Positions 57,897 to 64,000 of a stretch of 64,000 nucleotides of DNA are shown here, one piece after another (the first letter of the stretch is position 1; each line of letters begins with the position of its first letter). Source of the stretch: Deltaproteobacteria bacterium. GTDB taxonomy: Bacteria; Myxococcota; Kuafuiibacteriia; Kuafuiibacteriales; Kuafuiibacteriaceae. Under the pieces are notes generated by a model. The model did not search any database, had not been told where the DNA came from, and saw nothing but the letters and a program-made list of their open reading frames with translations. The stretch lies in NCBI GenBank assembly GCA_040218735.1, contig JAVJQW010000070.1, positions 160,001-224,000 of the forward strand. The letters run 5' to 3'. The position numbers and the translations under genes are program-made.

Positions 57897-60053
57897 GTGC
57901 GGCGCGAGGACCCCACGACGATCGAGGGCATCCTCGAGCGCATCCTCTACGCCAACGACGAGACGGCGTGGAGCGTCGTGCACGTGCGCGTGGAGGGGGA
58001 GCGCGATCCGGTCAGCGCGACCGGCAACCTCCTGGGCGTGCGGGTCGGGGAGCGCATTCGTCTCAGTGGAACGTGGGAGCACAACAAGAAGTTCGGGCGG
58101 CAGTTCAAGGTCGACAGCTACCTCACGGTCCGCCCCACCACGAAACACGGCATCGAGAAGTACCTCGCCTCGGGGTTGGTGGAGGGGATCGGCCCCGCGA
58201 TGGCGGAGCGGATCGTCGCGCACTTCGGCGACAAGACGCTCGACGTCCTCGAGCAGACCCCGCAGCGCCTGACGGAGGTCGAGGGGATCGGTCCGGTGCG
58301 CGCGGCGCGCATCGACGCCGCGTGGGCGGAGCAGCGCGCGATCAAGGACGTGATGATCTTCCTCGGCGAGTTCGGCGTGACGCCGGCGTACGCCGTGCGG
58401 ATCTTCAAGCGTTACGGCGACAAGACGATCGCGACGGTGCGCAGCAACCCGTACCAGCTCGCGCTCGACATCGCGGGGATCGGCTTCAAGAAGGCCGACG
58501 CGATCGCGCTGCGCCTCGGGCTGGACCGGCGCGCCCCCGCACGCGTCGAGGCAGGCGCGCTGCATGCGCTGATGGAGGGGTCGTCCGACGGCCACGTGTA
58601 CCTCCCCGCGCCGGAGCTCGCGGGGCGCGCGGCGGAGTTGCTCGGTGTGGAGGCGCAGCTCGTCGACGACGCGATCACCACGCTCATCGCGTCGCGCCAC
58701 GTGCGCCGCGACGGCGACGCCATCTACCTGACCCCGCTCTACGACGCGGAGCTGGAGGCCGCGCAAGCCCTCTTGCACTTCGGTCCCGACACGTTCGAGG
58801 CGGACGTCGACCAGGTCATCGCGGCGTTCGAACAGGACATCGGCATCACCCTCGGCGACGCGCAGCGCGACGCCGTACACGCGGCGCGCACGAATCGCCT
58901 GCTGGTGATCACCGGCGGCCCCGGCACCGGCAAGACGACGCTGCTGCGCGCGATCCTGCGCCTGTACGAGACCCAGCGGCTGCAGATCAGCCTGGCCGCC
59001 CCCACGGGGCGCGCGGCGAAGCGGATGCACGAGACCACGGGGATCGAGGCGAAGACGATCCACCGCCTGTTGGAGTTCGCGCCGGAGGACAACGCGTTCG
59101 TCCGCAACGACGACAACCCGCTCGAGACGGACGTGCTGATCGTCGACGAGGCCTCCATGCTCGACGTCGCGCTCCTCGCGGATCTGATGCGCGCGGTGCC
59201 GCGACACGCGCGGGTGGTCTTCGTGGGCGACGTGGATCAGCTCCCCTCCGTCGGGCCGGGGAACGTGCTCGGCGACATCATCGACTCCGGCCGCGCGACG
59301 GTGGTGCGGCTCGAGCAGATCTTCCGGCAGGCGTCCGCGAGCCGCATCGTCACGAACGCCCACCGCATCATCCACGGCGAGCCGCCGGACATCCGCCCCG
59401 CGAAGGACGAGCTGTCCGACTTCTACTTCATCCGCCGCGAACGCCCCGACGACGTGCTCGACGCGATCGACAAGGTCATCGCGGAGCGCATCCCGAAGCG
59501 CTTCGGGCTCGACCCCGTCGACGACGTCCAGGTCCTCACGCCGATGCACCGCGGGCCCCTCGGGGGGGCCGCGATCAACCGTCGGCTGCAGGCGCTCCTC
59601 AACCCGCGCGGCGCGCCGTTCGAGCGCGGTCAGACCACGTACCGCGTCGGCGACAAGGTGATGCAGACGAAAAACGACTACGAGCTCGGCGTGTTCAACG
59701 GCGACCTCGGGCGCATCGCCTCCGTCGACGAGGAGGAAGGCACCGTCGACGTCGTCTACGACGGGCGCCGCGTGCGCTACGAGCGCCGCACGATGGACGC
59801 GCTGGTGCTCGCGTACGCCTGCACGATCCACAAGTCGCAGGGCTCGGAGTACCCCGCGGTGGTGCTACCGGTGAGCACGCAGCACTACGTCATGCTCCAC
59901 CGGAACCTGTTGTACACGGGCGTGACGCGCGGGAAGCGGCTCGTCGTGCTCGTGGGGAGCGAGCGCGCGCTGCGCCTCGCCGTCGACAACCGCCGCGAGC
60001 TGCGCCGCTACTCGGGCCTCGCCGAGCGATTGAAAGCCGCGTCGCCGATTTGA
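57897..60053 (+). CDS. recD2: ATP-dependent RecD2 DNA helicase
   Basis: N-terminal OB/HhH (GIGP), NPYQL, TGGPGTGKT, APTGRAAKR, VDEASM, GDVDQLPSVGPG, TIHKSQGSE. Confidence 0.92.
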   Translation: MRREDPTTIEGILERILYANDETAWSVVHVRVEGERDPVSATGNLLGVRVGERIRLSGTWEHNKKFGRQFKVDSYLTVRPTTKHGIEKYLASGLVEGIGPAMAERIVAHFGDKTLDVLEQTPQRLTEVEGIGPVRAARIDAAWAEQRAIKDVMIFLGEFGVTPAYAVRIFKRYGDKTIATVRSNPYQLALDIAGIGFKKADAIALRLGLDRRAPARVEAGALHALMEGSSDGHVYLPAPELAGRAAELLGVEAQLVDDAITTLIASRHVRRDGDAIYLTPLYDAELEAAQALLHFGPDTFEADVDQVIAAFEQDIGITLGDAQRDAVHAARTNRLLVITGGPGTGKTTLLRAILRLYETQRLQISLAAPTGRAAKRMHETTGIEAKTIHRLLEFAPEDNAFVRNDDNPLETDVLIVDEASMLDVALLADLMRAVPRHARVVFVGDVDQLPSVGPGNVLGDIIDSGRATVVRLEQIFRQASASRIVTNAHRIIHGEPPDIRPAKDELSDFYFIRRERPDDVLDAIDKVIAERIPKRFGLDPVDDVQVLTPMHRGPLGGAAINRRLQALLNPRGAPFERGQTTYRVGDKVMQTKNDYELGVFNGDLGRIASVDEEEGTVDVVYDGRRVRYERRTMDALVLAYACTIHKSQGSEYPAVVLPVSTQHYVMLHRNLLYTGVTRGKRLVVLVGSERALRLAVDNRRELRRYSGLAERLKAASPI

Positions 60054-60168
60054 GCGCGGTCACGATGCGGACCGTCGCGTCGCGCGGCGCGTATCGATCG
60101 TCCAAGGAAGTGGCTGACGCGACGGGACTAGGATCCGAAATCGCCGTGTTGGAATCGACGAAGGGAAA

Positions 60169-60783
60169 GTGAAGAACGTGAAAGCTCGAAGAAGTCGCGG
60201 TGTCCGAGGTCTCGTCGAGGCCTCTCGCACAGATCGCGGTCTCATCGAGCGCCTCTTCCGCGAGAACTGCGCGCTGCGCCGCGAAAACGCGCGCCTGCAG
60301 CGCTTCGAGACGCTCGCGTGCCAGGACGCGCTGACCCAGCTCGGCAACCGCCGGCACTTCGACGACCGCCTCGCGTCCGAGCTTGCCCGCGCGCAGCGCA
60401 GCTACGCGCCCCTCTCGGTGCTCTTCATCGACCTCGACCGCTTCAAGTCGATCAACGACGGCGCCGGCCACATCGCCGGCGACGAGGCGCTCGCCTGGAT
60501 GGGCCGCTTCCTCGCGGGCGCGATACGCACCAGCGACGTCGCCTGCCGCATCGGCGGCGACGAGTTCGGAATACTGTTGCCGGACACGGACGCCGACGGC
60601 GCCGAGATGATGGCCGAGCGCCTGAAGGCCGCCCTGGAGGCGGCGCTCGACGCGCCGCGGATGCCGGACGGGACGCGCATCAGCCTGTCGATCGGGATGG
60701 CGACCGCGCCCGAGGACGGTGTGGCGCCGGCCACGCTGCTGGGGCGCGCGGACTCGCGGATGTACGACGACAAGGCCGCCTGA
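60169..60783 (+). CDS. Diguanylate cyclase (stand-alone GGDEF)
   Basis: DALTQLGNRR, DLDRFKSIND, GHIAGD, RTSD I-site, RIGGDEF. Confidence 0.9.
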   Translation: MKNVKARRSRGVRGLVEASRTDRGLIERLFRENCALRRENARLQRFETLACQDALTQLGNRRHFDDRLASELARAQRSYAPLSVLFIDLDRFKSINDGAGHIAGDEALAWMGRFLAGAIRTSDVACRIGGDEFGILLPDTDADGAEMMAERLKAALEAALDAPRMPDGTRISLSIGMATAPEDGVAPATLLGRADSRMYDDKAA

Positions 60784-60827
60784 ATTTTCTTTTTCCACCG
60801 CAGGCGTCTCGGGCGGTCCGTATGGAC

Positions 60828-61817
60828 ATGAAGACCTGGACGCTCCCCCTGGCCACCCTCCTCCTCGTCGCCTGCCAGCCCCCGGCGGACGAGTACCGAA
60901 ACGCCCTCCCCGACCGCGAGACCATCGAGGTCGACGTCCCCGCGCAGGACAGCACCGCGTCCGGCCTCGGCTCCAAGACCTCCGCGCTCGTCGGCGAGCC
61001 GGCGGACCTCTACACGAACACCTACTACACGGCGCGCGACATCAACGTGCTCGGCAAGTTCGTCGTCGAGCTCGTCGAGACGATCGCCTCCTACCCCGCG
61101 ACCACCCTCGACGAGACCTCCGCGACATGGGGCCCCTTCTCCGACGAGCGCGAGCCGAACGAGTTCAAGCTGACCATCCAAAAGGACGCCGACGTCGCCA
61201 CCCGCTACGACTGGGCCATCGAGGGTCGGCACAAGAGTGAGAAGGACTTCCTCGCCCTCGCGCGCGGTTCGTTCGAGCCCGACGAGGACCCCGACTTCGG
61301 CCGCGGCTGGTTCGTGCTCGACTTCGACACGATCCGCACGCTCGACCCGTCCGAGGATGGCGCCGGCCGCGTCGCGTACGCGTTCGAGAAGAACGCCGAG
61401 AGCGTGAGCGTCCGCGTCCACGTCGCCGGGACCCACCGCGGCGAGCGCATCGAGGCCGGCTACGCCTACGGCGAGGACAAGTCCGGCGCCGGCTTCATCC
61501 TCTTCTCCACCCCGATCGACGTGCACGAAGGCCCCGCGCTCGAGGACGTCATCATCCGCACGCGCTGGACCCCGTCGGGCGCCGGCCGCGCGGACGTCAT
61601 CGCCTCCGGCGGCGACATCGGCGACGACGTGTTCGAAGGCTCGCAGTGCTGGGGCGACGACTTCGTGTCGAGCTACGAGCAGTTCAGCGTGAACCGCGAG
61701 ATCGTCGCGAACGAAGGTGAAGGCAAGACGTGTGTGCTCGACGTCGCCGCGCCGCCGCGCGCCGACGAGCTGCCCACCGCCCACGATGTCGAGGACCCGA
61801 ACGGCTCCACGATTTGA
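60828..61817 (+). CDS. Hypothetical lipoprotein
   Basis: MKTWTLPLATLLLVAC lipobox; beta-rich with a C-terminal Cys pair. Confidence 0.8.
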   Translation: MKTWTLPLATLLLVACQPPADEYRNALPDRETIEVDVPAQDSTASGLGSKTSALVGEPADLYTNTYYTARDINVLGKFVVELVETIASYPATTLDETSATWGPFSDEREPNEFKLTIQKDADVATRYDWAIEGRHKSEKDFLALARGSFEPDEDPDFGRGWFVLDFDTIRTLDPSEDGAGRVAYAFEKNAESVSVRVHVAGTHRGERIEAGYAYGEDKSGAGFILFSTPIDVHEGPALEDVIIRTRWTPSGAGRADVIASGGDIGDDVFEGSQCWGDDFVSSYEQFSVNREIVANEGEGKTCVLDVAAPPRADELPTAHDVEDPNGSTI

Positions 61818-61903
61818 GCTACGCCGACGCCAACGGGGCGGCTTGTCCGCCCCCAGTCGAGGTGACACCATGCGCGCCGCGAACCCACGGACGACCCCTC
61901 TCG

Positions 61904-62419
61904 ATGTCCGATTCGAAACCCTCGCGGCGCGCCGAGATCGCCGAGCTCTACGTCACCTACGGACCGATGGTGTTCACGCGCTGCCGGTACCTGCTCCGGG
62001 ACGAGGAAGCCGCCCGCGACGCGACGCAGGAAGTCTTCGTCAAGGTGATGCGCTCGCTGGACGGCTTCCGGCAGGACTCGGCGCTCTCCACCTGGATCGT
62101 ACGCATCGCGACGAACCACTGCCTCAACGTCATCGCTTCGAACAAAGCGAAGTGGCGCGAACGGTTTCAGCGCTACATGGAGCACATGGACGAGGGGGGC
62201 CTGCTTGCGGGCGTCGACCCGGAGCGCGCTCGACTCGTGCAGCAGGTGCTCGGCAAGGTCGACAAGGAGACGCAGGCGGTGGCGGTTCACTACTACGTGG
62301 ACGAGATGACGCAGCAGGAGATCGCAGACTTGATGGGCCGTTCGCTCCCCACCGTTCGCAAGCGCCTCGCGAAGTTCACGCGGGTCGCGAAGAAGGAGCT
62401 GGCGCATGGCCAAAGATGA
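61904..62419 (+). CDS. ECF sigma factor
   Basis: Region 2 'ARDATQEVFVK...STWIVRIATNHCLN'; region 4 'MTQQEIADLMGRSLPTVRKRL'. Confidence 0.9.
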   Translation: MSDSKPSRRAEIAELYVTYGPMVFTRCRYLLRDEEAARDATQEVFVKVMRSLDGFRQDSALSTWIVRIATNHCLNVIASNKAKWRERFQRYMEHMDEGGLLAGVDPERARLVQQVLGKVDKETQAVAVHYYVDEMTQQEIADLMGRSLPTVRKRLAKFTRVAKKELAHGQR

Positions 62420-62429
62420 GGAGGACGAG

Positions 62430-63191
62430 GTGATCGCGCAGCACCCCGAGATCCGACGCACCGAGCTCGTGCAGTACACACTCGGCGAGCTGGCGGACCC
62501 GACCGCGTTCGAGACGCGGCTCGAGAACGACCCCGAGGCGAAGCAGCGCCTCGAGGCGGTCGAAGCCGGACACGCCGAAGCGGCGAAGCACCTGAACGTC
62601 GCGACCGACACCGCGCGCATCCTCGCGCGCCTGGAGGCCGAGGAGACGAAGCCCTCTTGGGTCCGCAAGTGGTGGCCGGCGGCCGCGCTCGTCACCGCAC
62701 TCGCCGCGGTGCCTCTGGTCGTTCTGCAGGGCCCCGGCGAGACTTCGACCACGCGCACGAAGGGGCTGGCGCCGGCGCTGGAGCTGTACGTCGACGATCC
62801 TTCGGGGCCGCGGCGCGCCGAGGACGGCGTGCACCTCGGCGAAGGCGACGCGATTCAGTTCAAGTACCGCGCGGACGGTCACGCGTACCTGTTCGTGCTC
62901 TCCGTGGACGAGGCGGGGCGCATCTCGCCGCTGTACCCCGACGTGCCGACCGAGAGCATCGCGGTGGAGCCCGACGGCACGAACGTGTTGGAGGGGAGCA
63001 TCATCCTCGACGACGTGGTCGGCGCCGAGCGCATCTTCGCCGTGTTCTCCAAGGCCCCCCTCGCGTTCGGCGATCTGGAGGCCGCGATCGAAACCAACCG
63101 GCGGGATGGGACGGACGTCACGGCCTTGCCCGCGCTCGGGATCGGGCGCGACGATGTCTTCGAGACGAGCGTCCTGATCATCAAGGAGTGA
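62430..63191 (+). CDS. Putative anti-sigma factor: cytoplasmic N-terminus, TM, DUF4384-like extracytoplasmic domain
   Basis: Directly follows the ECF sigma; TM WWPAAALVTALAAVPLVV; 'RTKG', 'GDAIQF.Y', 'VLSVDEAGRISPLYP', 'ERIFAVFS'. GTG start after GAGGA. Confidence 0.7.
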   Translation: MIAQHPEIRRTELVQYTLGELADPTAFETRLENDPEAKQRLEAVEAGHAEAAKHLNVATDTARILARLEAEETKPSWVRKWWPAAALVTALAAVPLVVLQGPGETSTTRTKGLAPALELYVDDPSGPRRAEDGVHLGEGDAIQFKYRADGHAYLFVLSVDEAGRISPLYPDVPTESIAVEPDGTNVLEGSIILDDVVGAERIFAVFSKAPLAFGDLEAAIETNRRDGTDVTALPALGIGRDDVFETSVLIIKE

Positions 63192-63192
63192 C

Positions 63193-64000
63193 TTGAGAGC
63201 GGCCGCCACCATCCTCGCCGCGCTCGCCGCGGTGGCCCTCGCGGGCAGCGCCCACGCCGCGCCGTCGCGCCGGTTTGCGCTCGTTGTCGGCAACAACGTC
63301 GGCGGCGGCGACACCGTCGACCTGCGCTACGCCGAGGACGACGCGAAGAAGATGCGAGCGGTCCTGTCGCAGATCGGCGGGTACCGCGGCGAGGACATCG
63401 TCACTCTCCTCGGCCGCAGCGCCGACGACGTGCTGCTCGCGGTGAGTGATCTGGAGAGCCGCATCCGCACCGCCAAGGAGGCCGGCGACCACACCACGCT
63501 GCTGCTGTACTACTCGGGGCACGCGAAGGTCGGGCAGCTGTACATGGGCGCGTCGCGGCTCGCGATGGACCACCTCAAGAAGCAGATCACGGAGTCCGCG
63601 GCGGACATCCGAATCGGCATCATCGACAGCTGCGAGTCCGGGGCGATCACGCGCGAAAAAGGCGGGCGCCGCGGGCCGTCGTTCCTGTTCGACACCGACG
63701 ACCGCGAAGCCGCGCGCGGGCTCATCCTCATCAGCTCGTCGAGCGAGGACGAGTCGAGCCAGGAGAGCGACGAGCTCGGCGGGTCGTTCTTCACGCACTA
63801 CCTCGCGAGCGGGCTGCGCGGTGACGCCGACGAGTCCGGCGACCAGCGCGTCACACTCGGCGAAGCGTACGTCTACACGTACCACCGCACGGTGAGCATG
63901 ACCGCGAACACCCGCTCCGGGACGCAGCACCCGACCTACTCCTACGACCTCGAGGGTCAGGGCGACATCGTGTTGACGGACCTGTCCAAGGGCACCACCG
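63193..64000 (+). CDS. Exported caspase-like protease (peptidase C14), 3' truncated by the window end
   Basis: Not in the ORF track because it has no stop in the window. TTG start, signal peptide (..AGSAHA), RFALVVGNN, LRYAEDDA, YYSGHA (His codon 63520), IIDSCESG (Cys codon 63631), SQESDELGGSFFT. Confidence 0.88.
   Translation, partial: MRAAATILAALAAVALAGSAHAAPSRRFALVVGNNVGGGDTVDLRYAEDDAKKMRAVLSQIGGYRGEDIVTLLGRSADDVLLAVSDLESRIRTAKEAGDHTTLLLYYSGHAKVGQLYMGASRLAMDHLKKQITESAADIRIGIIDSCESGAITREKGGRRGPSFLFDTDDREAARGLILISSSSEDESSQESDELGGSFFTHYLASGLRGDADESGDQRVTLGEAYVYTYHRTVSMTANTRSGTQHPTYSYDLEGQGDIVLTDLSKGTT

Noticed and set aside
43-59831. Many long antisense or alternate-frame ORFs (e.g. 43-2694+, 11907-15836+, 38446-40698-, 44884-48057+, 54602-57685+, 57744-59831-)
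   Set aside because: They are Arg/Ala/Val-rich shadows of real genes, caused by stop-codon scarcity at high GC, and show no recognisable motifs.
4135-60053. UvrD, ComEA, DprA and RecD2 as a defence or competence island
   Set aside because: They are dispersed over about 55 kb among unrelated housekeeping genes, with no nuclease partners or clustering.

Overview
This is a very GC-rich, gene-dense bacterial chromosome segment, most likely Myxococcota. That assignment rests on a MYXO-CTERM sorting signal, two Hanks-type Ser/Thr kinases, TPR/PEGA proteins and an extra DnaK with a J-domain/TPR partner. It holds about 46 credible CDSs and one tRNA-Ala(CGC); I found no rRNA, CRISPR array, transposase or prophage. 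The core run on the minus strand is cpoB-lysM-dprA-[Ser/Thr kinase]-trmFO-xerC-hslV-hslU-argD-J/TPR-dnaK, and hutH, a mitochondrial-type aconitase, a UvrD-like helicase and recD2 lie elsewhere. Three systems stand out. (1) A 1760-aa cation-chloride cotransporter (SLC12/CCC) fused to a P-loop NTPase is translationally coupled to an MscS channel and lies downstream of an atypical PPP phosphatase. (2) An alkyl-DHAP-synthase-like flavoenzyme with an internal duplication sits with an Fe-S/CCG protein and a lipid kinase. (3) A lipoprotein / ECF sigma / DUF4384-type anti-sigma / exported caspase-like protease module ends the window; the caspase is missing from the ORF track because it runs off the edge. 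All family calls come from motif recognition by eye, and no database searches were run. Several start codons were moved from those in the ORF track.
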